NCBI GenBank assembly: GCA_047967505.1 | Contig: CM106538.1 | Direction: 5' to 3' (one strand) | Source of the DNA: Dipteris shenzhenensis | Lineage: Eukaryota | Length of the DNA stretch: 64,000 bases | Shown: piece after piece, positions 13,211 through 27,544 of the stretch | Layout of the letters: every line of letters begins with the position of its first letter | Position numbering within the stretch: the first letter of the stretch is position 1 | Position numbers and translations under genes: made by a program | The notes under the pieces: model-generated | What the model was told of the DNA's origin: nothing | Seen by the model: the letters and a program-made list of their open reading frames with translations, nothing else | The model's database searches: none

Positions 13211-15051
13211 CTACAAAGGGCACACTTTACTTGTCATTATCTTTTCAAAACATGAACACCATAATCATGAGTAATTCGGAAAATTTCAAAACTTTGCACA
13301 TCTAGCAAACTATAATTTGACAAACTGACTTCCAATCTTAGACTGCAAAGGCACTTCTACTGATTGAAAAAAATGAATTCAGGGGAGCTCTGCGTCTTTC
13401 TCACCCAAAAGGCACATCCTTGACAAATGAACTTAAATGCATGTGCATGCAGTTTGGTGAAGTTTAAAACTACATGTACAAACGAAACACTTAAATATGT
13501 TTATTTGTGTGCGTGCACACAAGCAAGTGCATTCGTGTGCATAAATCATGTATGACACGTGTAATCCATGGACAGCAACCATGTGTGTGTGCGTGTGTGT
13601 GTGTGTGTGTAACGGATGGTTGATTTCAAGAGGTACCGTGGACTTCCTTTTTCTCCTTCCTAAATCCTTGGCAAAGTTTTCTTCTTCGAGCTGGCCAGCA
13701 CTGTGCAGATAGCACAAGGGATGATCCTGATAAGCTTTGACGTGATAAAGGGAATGGCAGCTCTCTACACGGTTTGACACCAGCACTTTAAAATACAGAA
13801 AGGCTCTCCAATGTGTGTTTCTCTTCTAAGACCACCACAATTCTTCACCCTTACGTGGGATATATAGTTCCATCATTGGGTAAGGTGCTTCTTCTCCTGC
13901 AGCTGACTCATCATGTCTCAACTCCATTTTGAGGGTTTGCATTTATCGGGACCCGGCTAACGTGATCCTCTTAGAAATAGTCAATGGCAAGCAAAATCAA
14001 GGATCGAAACTTGGGCGTGCAATGATGCACAAGAAGCTCTCTATCATGGTTGAGTTAATTGCTGGAAAGGAGAAAAGGAAGGTTTAGCAATCTGCCAGAA
14101 CGGCTGGAGGCAAGCTTACTAAGAATATATACCTAGATGAATCCAGGAACATTCCCAAACTCATCCTCTAAAAACACAACATAGTGCAGTTTCAATCTCA
14201 CGATAGTCACTCATAAGATTGAAAACCATAACCTCCATCACGCATAGCAGGGACTAGCTACTATGACATCCCCACTGATGTCATCAACGCCCAAAAGTGG
14301 GTGTAGACCATAGTATAAAAATATGCTCTCACACATACAAATCCACACACCCACACATACTTGAGCATCCACTTATACAAAGTCTTCGTACTAAGTTTCT
14401 ATCGGCACTCCGGAGGTGAAGGGCAAACTCAGCCATTACTAAGAATGTTCTGGAATACACTCACGCTGAGGATATCCAAGGAGGATATAAGAATCATACC
14501 AACAGTGGGGACACAAATGGGTCCTTGGTGTCAAGTATCTGAAAATAGGGGAGCTTAACAGAAAATACGATTGGGACAAAATCTCATAGGAAGCTAAAAA
14601 AAGGGAATAAGAAAAGGATATGCAAAAAATGATAGCAGTACCAAAATCCGTCAGCCAAATAACTGAAATGTGAAAAAATTTGCGCAGGAAAACAGCTCCA
14701 AGTAGTGGCTACTTGTATGTACAGGAAATCAGATCCAGCATCAGCCAAAGCATGGACAGCAGACCATCATCTTCATGTAGGGATATTGGTCCACAACTGA
14801 AGATGGTTCCCACACAGCCGCCTCTCTTTCCCTGCTCTTCCAACCCTTTGAAGTTTCCTAAGCTGTCCCGAAGTTCTCCAATCCCCAAACGTGGCGGATA
14901 GTGAAGTGTGATTTGCTCCTTGGTGCTGCGATTTTCCTGGTTACTGCGATTTGGTTTTCAGCCACCAATTCTTGAAGATTTGAGGTGCAAATTAACTAGA
15001 GGGGCTGTGGTTTGCTTATTGGAAGCTGTGTTCGAGGTTCAGTTAAGGTTT

Positions 15052-16270
15052 CAGTGGTATCAGAGCTTAGGATTGTCACTTTCCTTGGTGACAACGGTCC
15101 CAAGACCAAAAAAGGTTGTTGAGAGAACAGCAGCGATTTTGGATAAGAGAGAGTTTCAAGCCAATATCTCAGCCTAGAAGCTTCCGGATTGATCCCAAAT
15201 CAGCTCAATCTGCTCCAGCCAACCAGCTTGCCATAAAATTGTGACTTGATCTACAGGCAGTCTCAGAACTTTGGCGCAATCCTTTGTGGAAGATTCAACT
15301 GTTAGCTCTGGGAGCTGTCCATATACTATATTCAACTTTTCTAGTCCTGAATCCCTGGACTATTGGTTGCAAGACACGACATGTTGTGCTTTAGAGACGA
15401 GTGTCATAAGTGTCATGGAAATAAGTATCTTAAGTTTTTTTTAAAGTCAAAAGCTTGCACGTCACACCTCAGCATTCAAAATCCAAATCTAAATATCAAG
15501 AGGGCTAGCTTGCAAGGCAAGTGGCTACTACCAAAATGAACATGGAATACAAAAGACCAAAAATCTATTATAGATCAATCATCATAGGTATCATAAGTGA
15601 AAGTTTGCTAACAAAAACATCAAGTGATAACTGAAATGAAAGCCTCAAGTCATATGTCAACAGTGAGGCATCACAAGTGACATTGCCAAGTGGACACAAG
15701 AAGATTTTAAAAATAGGGTTTAAAACACTAGTACAAGTTTAGTTTTTAAAATTTGAAATAAATATTACCCACCACTAAACATAAGACAAAAATAAAAATG
15801 AAAAACCAACCAAAAGAATGAAAAATGAAAATCTTTTTTGACACGTGTCCTAAGTGCGTCATACAGACACGTATTTTCTAACATGTCACGTGTCTTTCTT
15901 GTATGGTTTTACTTTTAAGACATGCGTTTCTTAATAACCATGTGCTTTTGAAAGCATGAAATTGGATGGAAAGGGTTGACATTTGCCACTCTTTGTAAGG
16001 AGATGTTAGCAATAATCTTTGCTATTAAGGTTTGTGCACAGCTATGATTTTGACATAGAGTACACAGGATAAGGAGAATATTGTAGCCTTCTAGATTCTA
16101 CCCGCTTAGAATATCCAATTTATTGTTGGAGAACTTACATTATTCACCATGGCCGCTCATGTTGGACTTAGCAAGACTTATGAAAGAGTAAAGATGGGGT
16201 CTTGTTAGGAAGAGTTATGGAAGGATTGCATAGATTATGTCAAGAGCTGTCTATCATGCAATGGAAGCAC
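15052..16270 (+). mobile_element. Highly degenerate Gypsy remnant (PBS plus RNaseH/integrase traces)
   Basis: CA-G-TGGTATCAGAGC tRNA-Met PBS at 15055-15066; YDFDIEY and WKDCIDYVKSCLSC-like remnants at 16040-16260. Confidence 0.55.
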
Positions 16271-18333
16271 TTTCCTTCCTTTCGGAAGGTCTCGAGCTGT
16301 TCTAGAGTGAATTTTGATTTTCCTTTGAAGGGCTTTGTTGAACCCATCGACTTCTAAGTTTGAAACTTCTTTTGACTGTACTCTCCACAGCAAATCTTCT
16401 TTCATCATCTCAACCTGTGAGGTTAAATGCATCAAGTCTCAAAGTTTTGTCTTACGTTCAATACTTACTTGGGCACGGGTACTAGAATGGAAGTTAGTCT
16501 TTTTTGAGACATCTTTGAAGGGAGTGATTTGAAGATAAGCTGGCCAAAACTTCTAAAGTTGTCATCCTCATGCTTTCCCAAGTTGTGTGGACATTATCGA
16601 AGGAATTTTTAGGCAAGAACTGCTCGTAGAATTGTTTCTTGAGATCTTTCCACTTCTTTGATGCTCATCCGCGACATAGACTTACAATCTTCAACTTTGA
16701 CTTCTCCCAATAACGTCCAGTTATGAAAGCCAAAGCTTTTTTACTAGCTCCATACTTCTTATAAAAAGTGGTGAGCTTGATGGACTTACCACCTTCTTTG
16801 AAGTCTTTGCTTCTAGATCTGGATCTCCTTCTTTTTCGTCTATGACGGGAACGTTTTCTAGAGGAGAAAGATGAAGAAGAAGATGATGAGGATGAGGAAG
16901 AAGAGCGGTTGGTTGAGGGCTAACTGGAACTTGGGGATATTCGCACATGCTTCTTACTCTGTTTTCTATGGGCTTTGAGCTCCTTTCTTCTTTCTCTTGA
17001 ATTATGCCAGTACTAGAAAGATACCAAAGTAGGGGAACGGCACCGGCTTACTTCCTTAGGAACAGTCATTCACTGGTTTAGACGAGTGTGGGCTCTCGAA
17101 AAGACACTGAAATCCTGGGATTTTGGTCTTTACAAAATCTTCAACAAGGTCATCATAAGGTAGCATAGGATGCCTCACTGGGCCGTCTAGTGGCTGAACT
17201 ACCTGTTAGAAATGACCATAACAGAGGGTGTCACGCAGCAGAGGACTGATAGATAACCTAGGAATTCATGCAGAGGTGTTAACTATGGAATCCAAAACTT
17301 CTTTCCTTATGTGTACTCAACATACACACGTGTGTGCAAATCGGAAATTAGACAATGCTCCCAGACAGATATAGAACCAACATAAGATATGGTTCTACCC
17401 ACTAAAGGACACAATACAAAGAGTCCAGAGTCCCACCAATCCTACGTGCTCCTCGGCGAGCTTCTGTAGACTTAGTCACCATGCCTTGATCCCTCCTCCA
17501 AGCCCTGTCTGCAGCTCCTCAGCCCTTCTTTATCCTCCTGGATGTAGGCCCAAAGACGCCTGGTCTGCTGCTCAAATCTGCTGAACTGCTCGAGATGATG
17601 TTGAATGAGCTCTAGGGGCTCCCCTTTTATAGGGGCTGAGAAGCCCCTCAATCTGGCTGACTTGCAGCTCTAATGGGCAGGACCAGTGGGTCTGTTTGGC
17701 CGACCAGCAGGTTGAGACGCTTTGCACTGTGCAGGCCCTACCTGGCCATGTGGCATGCTGCCACTGGCCCAGGAAGTCCTGCCCTAAATCCGATTTGTTC
17801 TGGGCCCTATACCAGGCCCAAAGACACCTCCAAAGGTGCCTGACTGCTGTACACATCTCGTCTCTGTCAAGGCCTCTTCCAACCCCTGGATCCTCTGCAA
17901 AAACCTCCACACAGCCTCTTATGTACTCCCGGACTGTTGCTTACATCAGTGCCATGTCATCGCCTTGTTTCCTAGCCAGATCTGCTTCCTTGCCTCTAAC
18001 AGCTTGCTGGCCATTCCATACCAGATCTGCACTCTAGGAGAGCTTCCATTTGCCAGGTACTCTATTCATATGCTGCCAATGTGGCAGCTCCATGTGCATT
18101 CTCTTTCTTGTCTGGGCACACATGGCAGCCAAAATGCTTCACTCCCCCATGTTCTCCCCATATGGAAGCTTACAGATGGGGAGGTTACCATACATTTTCG
18201 AACACCCCCTCTCACCAACACATCTTGGACTGATCCCAATTTGTTAGCACTGCCTTCCCGGCAGGGCTATCGTTACACTTTTCTTAAGAAAGTGTTCCAC
18301 ACCATTTTTTGCCACGTGGCCCCTACTATTTTG

Positions 18334-18334
<1 letters not shown>

Positions 18335-18393
<59 letters not shown>
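18335..18393. repeat. (CT)n(CA)n microsatellite
   Basis: Direct reading. Confidence 0.97.
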
Positions 18394-18394
<1 letters not shown>

Positions 18395-19639
18395 AAGTTT
18401 GCAAATCATTCGAACTTTCCTATACATGGGCTTCCATCACAGGTGTTGCAAATTATTCATTCATTCATCTTGACAATTGTTTTCCTTTGACAGAACCAAT
18501 TGAAGGCAGTGCTCACGAGTACTTGTACTCAATTTGTTGATGAAGATGCTTTGTTGGTAGCTCCCATGTAGTAGCCCTGGAACACTCTGGTGTCGATGTT
18601 GCTTCCTGACTTTTCATCCAGTGGCTCTTGCTTCACCCAGTCCACTCCCGCACAAGCAAACCACCCTGGTACACAAGTCCATCTTTGGTAGCACCAGATG
18701 GCACCACCTCCTTCAGTCATGTACCTGCCTTCAAACTCGAGCAATCCAGGCGCCAACATCCTCCATCTATCCCTCTCATGATGGGTGAACAACCTAAAGT
18801 CTTCCAAGCACCATGCTCTCCATCATCCATCTGACGAGGTCTGAACAAATTAACATACTCTAGAAATCAAATCCGAAGTATAAATCAAGATTATGACTCT
18901 GAATCCATAAGTCCTATCGAAGAATCCTCCTCTCTGTCAACAATACAAGCCAAGCACCTAGATGGCTTCAAGCACTCAATGCTTCACAAAGGTTTCTGAC
19001 TCCTCATCTGACCATCTCTCAATGTCATACATCCTCACTATAACACCGGGGGTTTGCATACTTTACCTCAACAACACATGCAGATGTCACCAAGAAAAGC
19101 TCTTTTGTGACCACCACGTGAGTTGCATTCTTTGACTCCTTTGACTGCCTTCTTCTTTCCACAATCCTTCGCAAAATGTCACGGCTGATTACAATAGAAA
19201 AGCGTTTTATCTTTCTTTCTCTTCTTCATATGAAGAGTCCTCTCCATCATCAGACTTGTCTTTCTTGGACTTGCCTTTGCCATGCTTACCCTTACTCCCA
19301 TCTTGAGCTTCTTGCTGCAGAAGCAATGGTACTAGCTCCTCGAACGTTACTGGAGCCGCCCTCTACCCTGCAATCATCGTAGTCACGAAACTATTGTAGC
19401 TTCTCGGAAGCATGCCACGAAATAGCCTAGCCATACTTGTCGAGCTCGTCCTTCGACTGACTACCGCCAGCTGATCCCTCATCACCTTCATCTTGGTGAT
19501 GTGATCCTGTAGTGAATCCCCATCATCCATGCTCATGCCATAGAGCTCCGTCTCAAGGTCCAGTATCCTTGCTTCGTTGTTGAGCTTGTACATGTCCCTC
19601 AAAGTGGTCTAGGCCTCGAAGAAAGTGTCCAAATTTCAG

Positions 19640-19741
<102 letters not shown>

Positions 19742-22700
19742 GTGGGCAAGTCACTGCAGAGTTGCAAAGAAATTCCCTCTCATCTGATGAAGCGACATCT
19801 ACTTTTGTCATTGTGCCTAAAACTGCGCAGATGGGAAGAAAGAAAGGAGCTGAAAGGGAATTTGTGGACACATTGAAGGCTTTGGAAAATGGGCAGTACA
19901 CTTGTAAATGGAAGTACTTTCCTCATCATTGGGATGGAGGACCTACCCGCATACGAGCACACTTTCTTGGGCTGACAGGCTCTGGGATTGACAAGTGTAC
20001 CGCTCCCTCTAAAAAGGTGAAAGAAACTCATAAAAGGTTGCATGCAAAGGCATGTCTTAAAAATTTTACAGAAGAGGTTGACATAGATGTGGCTGATTTG
20101 GGGGATGCCTTGGTAAGTGGTGCTGCAAGTGCAAGTGCATCTGCTATGAGCCAAAACAAAAGAAACAAAAAGTGTCAAAGGAGCCTTGGCCAAGGCATGG
20201 GAGTCATAGGCATGGAAAGATGCATGTGCCGCTTTTTCTTTGCAGAGGACATTCTTCATTAGGAGGTGAGGAGTCCTTATTTTTTGGAAATGGTTCGTGC
20301 AATTGGCCAAGTTGGGCCTAGTTTCAAGCCTCCATCTTACAAAGCTTTGCGCACGAAGGAGCTTAGTAATGATGTGGTATGCGTAGATCAAGAGTTGCTA
20401 CAACTTCGGGAGAAATGGAAAAAGTATGGCGCAACATAATATGTGATAGCTGGTCTGACACTCGGCGAAGTCCTATCATCACCATCATGGTCTCATGCAT
20501 TTTTGGCTCAGCCTTCTTGAAGTCGGTGGATACAAGTGGGCAGCACAAGTTGGGGGAGTACATTTTTGGGATATTGAAAGATGCCATTCATGATGCTGGG
20601 GCTGATAATCTGGTGCAGGTGTGCATGGGGACAATGCATCTAACTGTGTGCAAGTAGGAGGATTGGTAAGCAAGAGTGGTCCCATATTTTCCATACTAGG
20701 TGCACATGCCATTGCCTTGACCTCTTGTTTGAGGACATTGGGCAACTTGCATGGGTGAAGCCAGTGTTGGCACATGCCAACATGATTGTGACATTTGTTA
20801 CTCCATTGTATAGAACTTTCAGCAAGAAGGAATTGGTGAAACCTGTACAGACTCAGTTAGCTTACATGTTTATCGTGTCAGCCAACTTGTAGTATTGCAA
20901 GAAGGAGGTGTCACACACTGTGAAGGCACAACAGGTGTCTTCTTGAAGATCCTTCGTTTGGCTGATAGGGAAGGGGCTACCACGGGACTTGTATATGAGC
21001 TCACTGATTGAATGGTGGAGAAGATACAAACTGTGAATGGGATTGACTCCTCAAAGTTAGCTGATGTCAGAACCTTGTGGGGTATGATGCACTCTCCATT
21101 GCATATAGCAACTTTTGCTCTCCATCCAATTTGGAGAGAGAAAATTGAGATGAGCTACATGATAGGTGGATGGATGTTATAGAGCAGTACACGAAGTATG
21201 ATATTGAGAGCCAAGGCATCTTATGTGATGAGTTAGCTACAAGTCCATGTCAGGCACATTTGCTCGAGCACATTGTGGTGACACTCGAATAGCCAATTGT
21301 TGCAAATTTGGGGTGTGAGCCCCAAATGTCTCCCACCACTTCACCCCTTGGTGCATCCTCTTTTCATCCTAAAAGCAAATATCCTAAGTCAAAGTACACT
21401 TGACCATTTATTTGATCATAATTAAAGAGTTTTACATGTGTTAATTACGGTCAAAGAGTTCTTTTAATGGTCAAAGATACTTGACTCTGGTCAAGTAAAC
21501 CTGACTCTGGTCAAGAAGACTTGGTTTATTACCAAGAGGGTTAACTGCGGTTAACCAGAGAATCACAGAGCTGACTACGGTCAGAGAGTGTTGACTTCGG
21601 TCGACGAGACTTGGCATGCGCCAAGAGGGTTAACCACGGTTAACCAAGATGTGCCAACTTCGGTTGGAGAGTTGTGCCAACTTCGGTTGGAGAGACTTGG
21701 CTATAATCAAGACGCCTCGACCCTTGGTCAAAGCTCCTTAATTATAATCAAGAGTGTTGACTCCGGTCAACCAGAGAATAAATATATATTTTTATATTTG
21801 TTAGGTGTACACATGTATTCAGTGGGGACGTCCACCGTGACTAGAATTAGTCCACAGTGTGTTATTTGCATGCAAAGCGCTAACAATTAATGGGTGCCTT
21901 GGTGGTGCGCTTTAATTAATTGTTGCAGGTACTAGGAAGAGTTATTTTCCTAAGCGCTACAGGAGCCTAACAAGCATCTAGGAGGCGGTTCGTGTGACCA
22001 AATGCTTTGAAGACTCCAGAATGGTCCTTAGTGGCATGTAATAAGACTTAGTCTAGATTTTAGACAAGTGGCATGTTGCCAATTTGAAATGAGCTTGAAG
22101 CTCTTGTAAGGATTCACGTTTTGGATTTTATGTATGTGTATCAGACAGCTCTACGCTGAACTCTTGTAACAGATTCTCTTCAAGAAATAAAATACCTTCG
22201 GGGAGGTCCAGCCCGACATGTTGTCCTGGGCCCTAGTGTCTTTGTTGAGAGAGGGAGAGAGGGAGAGCAAATGAGAGTGTCTCTGCTGTCTTTTACGAGA
22301 GCTAGTATTGCATTGGTATCAGAGCCAAGGCTCATAGCCTTCTCAGGTTGTGACGATCCAGCAAGAGAGTAAAGATTTGACGTTGATTCCGAAGAAAGGA
22401 TGGCGTTGGCCCAAGAGGTGGCAGCTGGAAGGTCTGGGGCTTCAAGTGTGAAGGGACAGGAATGCTTACTTCGAAGCCTATGAATGCACGAAAGCCCCTA
22501 AGTCCAGATTGAACAGTTGCGTAAAGGAATTGCCTTACGCACGAGTGTACATCTGACGGAATAGAAAGGATGCCTGACAGCGCATATCTGACGGCACACA
22601 TCTGATGGCAAAAGAAACGACGAAGAAGATCTCGACGGGATCCCTGATAGCGCACATCTGACGGGAAAAAAAAAAAGGGACTTGCACGAGTGAACGCTGC

Positions 22701-24017
22701 TCATGGGCGATGGACGAGCGATAGATTGCGTCAAAAAGTATTTCTGGGTGGCGTTCTTTCGTCAACGTGTTCCGTTGGGCGGACCTCATCGAAATCATGA
22801 GCCATCGCCATCGCTACACAGCCTGACTCGCCATCGCCCGTCAAGGAGACCAAGCGTTGCTTGAGTTTCCAGAAGGCTACAGAGGTGACGTGGCACAGGT
22901 GTACACGTGGCACTGACGTGGCAGGCTTCACAGACAGCTGACGTGGCAGCCAGCAGGTCCAACTGACATGGCGTCCACACGTGCTGTAGATGACATGGCA
23001 TTGGCACGTGGCAGCCAGCCTGGTTGACCCGTGGTGAAGTTAACCTTGGTACAGTTAATTCCTGGTTGGTTGACCTGTGGTTAGTGAAAACGTGGTTAAG
23101 TTAACTACAGCTAATTAACTCTGGTTAATTGAACCAATACCCAGTTAGTTCAACATTGGTCCAGTTAATCTAGCCTAACCAGACCAGTTTGGTTGGTGTA
23201 ACCAATCCAGTTAGTCTAGTTGCAGACTAACCAGACCAGAGCCAATTAGTCTGGTTAGAGTAACCAGTCAGTTACTTCATCTGATTACTGTTTCCCACCA
23301 AGGATGTTTTTATCGAAGCTATGCCTATATATTAATATAAAATCTTGGCGAAAGTTTTCAAGCTCATTTTAAGTTTCACAATATTGGTAGAATGTAGTAC
23401 TTTTTTATATTTGTTATTTTGAATTTTGAAGGCAAAAATGTAAATCCTGGCGAAACTTTAAATTTTTTTGCAAAAAAGTTTCAAATCCTGGCGAATGTTT
23501 CAAACGTTTATTTTTATTAGGGCATACAAACTTTCAAAGCCAATATAACATTTTAGTTTCTTAACGAAACTAACTTGAAAAAATCATCCATGTTTCCCAC
23601 GCACACCAAAAAAAAAAAAAAAGGACAGTTGCAGAGACTTTCTACTAGCAGATTTCACCTGCCTGTCAGACTTTTACTGTCAGAAAAGCAGCAGAAAAGC
23701 AGAGAAAACAGAGATTTGCAGAAAACAGAGATTTGCAAAAAAAGAGTATGCATGCCTTTGAGCAGTGAAAAGAGGGAAAAACACATGCTTTTTGAAGTCA
23801 TTTGCAGTAGCCAGAAAAGGGGCAATATAGTTGTTGATGCTTTGGCAACTGTGTGGGTATATGCCTTGAATTGACAGCCAGTACTGGCATAGATTGTGAA
23901 TGCAAGACACCTCTTGTTGAGGTAAATTTTCTCTTTGAAAAGCGAAGGCAGCGTGCATCAGTTGCATACACAGTGTGTGTGCGAGAAATTTGCAAATCTC
24001 AGACGAGTTGTAAGAAG

Positions 24018-25199
24018 ATGGCTCAATCACCTATCCAATGGGATTCACAAGATAGGGATGCACATCCAAATCAGAGAAGTGTGCAACAAACTCAGCAAGA
24101 ATTTGAGCAGATGGTACGCACTCGTATACAAGAGATGGAAAATCTCAGAAAGGATCCAAGGGCTCAGCATTTGTTTCAAGCAGAAGCTATGCCTAATGCA
24201 GTATATGACGTGCCAATGCCAGAGGCACACTCTCGTGTACAGCCAAAAAAAGAGAGATCTCATAGGGGACGGTCCCATAGCAGGAAGAGATCGAGGCATC
24301 ATCACCGATCTCCTAGTCCATCACCGTCTACCTCGAGTTCAACTTCTGTATCTTCTTCTTCTTTATCAGATAAACCATCCAGGAAAAGAAGGAAACACAA
24401 GAAGTCTAGGAAAAGAAAGTCTTCCAGAGAGACCAAGGAATTCAAAGAGGGAGGTAAATCTGTCAAGTTTATGACCTACAATGGACAGTATGGTCATACA
24501 GACAAAGCATTGCAGTTCATCAGGCAATTTGATGCTGCATTCGGTACAGAAAAGTTTTCAGAATCCTCCAAGTTAAGCATGGTCAGTTTGCACTTGACAG
24601 CGACAGCTAGTGCATGGTGGAGTGCACAGACCACAGATGGGTCAGCCCCAAGGAAGTGGAAGGACTTCAAGAAAGCCTTCTACCAGCAGTTTATGCCTAA
24701 ACAGTTTAGAGACCATGTTCTTCAAGATTGGGACAGTTTGCATATGGATGCAGGAGATACAGTGGATGTGTACAACCAAAAGTTTTGGGATGCTTATTTG
24801 CAAGTTGCACCTTTCAAAAAGATCTCCAAAGGAACCCAAATGAGAAAGTATAGAGCAGGTCTCACTCCAAGAATCCAGGCAGTAGTGAATGCTTTGGGGG
24901 CAAAGATCATTCAAGACCTTATGCATTCAGCTTCAGTAGCTAGTCTTGTGCCGTTACAAGATCCATCCACGGTACTATTCTTGCATGCAGGACGTGCCGA
25001 AAGAAAGAAAACTGATTTTTCAAAATCAGAAAAGAAAGAGTATCCCAAGGTTGAGTATCCCAAGGTTGAAAAGAAAGGGTTTCAGCCTCAGAAGCCGAGG
25101 GGTACTCAGTTTTCAAAGGCTTATAAAGGTAAATCTCTATTCACCCCTGAACAGATAGCTGCACAAGACAACATTCCGCACTACATTCGGGTTGTATGA
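24018..25199 (+). CDS. Gag of chromovirus A (C-terminus fused out of frame to RT)
   Basis: Open frame from MAQSP; retrotransposon gag core (ASAWW...WKDFKKAFYQQF); Ser/Arg/Lys-rich segment. Confidence 0.85.
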   Translation: MAQSPIQWDSQDRDAHPNQRSVQQTQQEFEQMVRTRIQEMENLRKDPRAQHLFQAEAMPNAVYDVPMPEAHSRVQPKKERSHRGRSHSRKRSRHHHRSPSPSPSTSSSTSVSSSSLSDKPSRKRRKHKKSRKRKSSRETKEFKEGGKSVKFMTYNGQYGHTDKALQFIRQFDAAFGTEKFSESSKLSMVSLHLTATASAWWSAQTTDGSAPRKWKDFKKAFYQQFMPKQFRDHVLQDWDSLHMDAGDTVDVYNQKFWDAYLQVAPFKKISKGTQMRKYRAGLTPRIQAVVNALGAKIIQDLMHSASVASLVPLQDPSTVLFLHAGRAERKKTDFSKSEKKEYPKVEYPKVEKKGFQPQKPRGTQFSKAYKGKSLFTPEQIAAQDNIPHYIRVV

Positions 25200-27544
25200 A
25201 TACTTAGTGATGCCTTTTGGGTTGACAAATGCTCTAGTCACATTCAATAGAATGATGGATCGCATCTTCCGAAAGTACAGGCATTTCACGGGTACTTTCT
25301 TTAATGACATCTTAGTCTTTTCAAAGACAGAGGAAGAGCACAGGGAACAACTTGCTATAGTGTTTCAAGAGCTGAGAAATCATCAGCTCTATGTAAACAG
25401 CAAGAAAAGTGAATTCTTCTTGGAAGAAATCCATTATCAGGGGCATATAATATCCAAGAATGGGATACAGATGGATCCAGCAAAGATCCGTGCCATTCAG
25501 GAATGGCCAGAGCTGAAAACTTCTTACTACAGAAGGTTTATCAGGCATTTTGCTGATATCGCAGCTCCATTACATGACCTTACTAAGAAAAATGCAGCCT
25601 TCACATGGGGAATATCACAGAAGAAAGCATTCAATACACTCAAGGAGAAGTTGACTACAGAGCCTATTCTTGTAAACCCGGATCTTTATCAACCTTTTGA
25701 TGTTGATTGCGATGCTTGTGGAGAGTGTGTTGGGGCTGCATTACATCAGAATGGACATGTAGTAGCCTATGAGAGCCGAAGATTGCGTGATGCAGAAAGA
25801 TATCTGGGAATCTATGAGAAAGAGTTATTGGCTGTAATTCATGCCATCCATACATGGAAGCACTATCTTTTGGGTGCAGATTTTACTGTTAAAACAGATC
25901 ACCAAAGTCTGAGATACTTTTTGACTCAGACCAAGCTTTCCGAGAAGCATATGAAATGGGCAAACATGCTGTCAATGTATCATTTTCAGATTGTCCATAC
26001 CCCAGGAATTCGGAACAGAGTGGCAGATGCCTTGTCCCGAAGACCCCAGGTCAATAATGTGACTATTGCTTATCATCAGGACCTAGAAGGCATGAGGGAG
26101 CAATATGCTAGTGATGCAGATTTTGGTGAAATTTTACAGCAAATGCAAGACGGGCAATCCACCAGTCACTATTCCCTGAAAGATGGGTATCTAATGAAAG
26201 ATGATTGCCTATGCATCACCAAGGAGATGAGGAAAAAGATTTTGGAGGAATGCCATGCACCTCCTTATGCTGGACACAGAGGAATTACAGCAACAACTCT
26301 AGCACTAGAGAGGTATTTCTTTTGGCCAGGGATGCGGAAAGATATACATCAGTTTGTTATTGAATGCCTTACATGTCAGAAAGTGAAGTATGACAGACGG
26401 AAGGCACCTGGTCTACTTATGCCTCTTCCCGTGCCTCAGGCACCATGGGAGGCACCATGGGAAAGTATTACAATGGACTTTATTTTTGATTTGCCAAGAT
26501 CAAAATCAGGGAATGATGGGATTTTGACTATCATTGATAGATTCAGCAAGCAAGCTCATTTCATTCCAGTTCACAAAACCATAAAGGCAGATCATATGGC
26601 TAAGCTTTTCATGGCACAGATCTTTAAGCATCATGGTATGCCTAAGTCCATTGTTAGTGATCGAGATCCCAGAATGACCAGTCTATTCTGGAGAGCTTTA
26701 TTTGATAACATGGGGACGAATCTGAATTTTTCTTCTTCTTTCCATCCCCAGACAGATGGTCAAAGTGAAGTAGCAAATACAGCATTAGATATGCTGAAAT
26801 GCTACGTAGGTGACCAAGGTTCAGACTGGGAAAAGTACCTACCATTGGTAGAGTTTGCTTACAATAATACAGTGCACAGCTCTACAGGGAAAGCCCCCTT
26901 TGAGGTCATATATGGGAAGGTGATTTTGCCACCTATAGAGGACCAAAGATGAAATATTTGCAACTGATCAGTTTGTGAGAGACCTCCAGACAGCTTACAG
27001 CCAAGTCCGGACAGCAATCAAAAGGTCTCAAGAGAAACATAAAAGAGCTGCAGATAAGCATAGGAGACGGTTAGATCTCAAGGAAGGGGATTGGGTACTT
27101 TTGAAGTTTGAAAAAGCTAGGCTCCGCAAGTTTAAAGGCAAACAGAAAGTGTATGCAAAGTTATCTCCCAGATACTATGGCCCTTTCAGGGTTACAAAAA
27201 GAATAAATGAGGTTGCATACAGGTTAGCATTGCCAGAGCATTGGAGGATTCACAATGCATTCCATGTGAGTCTTCTAAAGAAATTCCAGGGGCCAGAGCC
27301 TACAGAAACAATATGAAAGGATCCACCAGAAGTGGATGAGCTGGAGGAGGTCCTTCAGCCAGAGCAAATTGTGTACCATACTGTACGAAAAGACCCTCGG
27401 GGCAAGGAGTTTTACAGGTATCTTGTAAAATTCAAGAATTATACGGCCTTAGATGCCAAGTGGATGGACGAAGACATGTCATCCGATCATGCACATCTTT
27501 TGGATGTTTACAAGGAAGCTTTTCAGTTGAGGTCAACTGAATAG
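25160..27544 (+). pseudogene. Truncated pol of chromovirus A (C-half RT, RNaseH, integrase, chromodomain)
   Basis: [14 protein letters not shown] (catalytic Asp lost), DCDAC, HAPPYAGH...CLTC, YYGPF; chromodomain 27332-27544; frameshift near 26940 and stop at 27316. Confidence 0.92.

Noticed and set aside
15355-15942. Possible hAT-type MITE with GACACG motifs
   Set aside because: Terminal inverted match is weak and no TSD was found.
21440-21780. Short spaced repeats (GACT..GGTCAA, GGTTAACC) as a CRISPR-like array
   Set aside because: Irregular LTR-internal repeats present in all three copies of that LTR, in a eukaryotic context with no cas genes.
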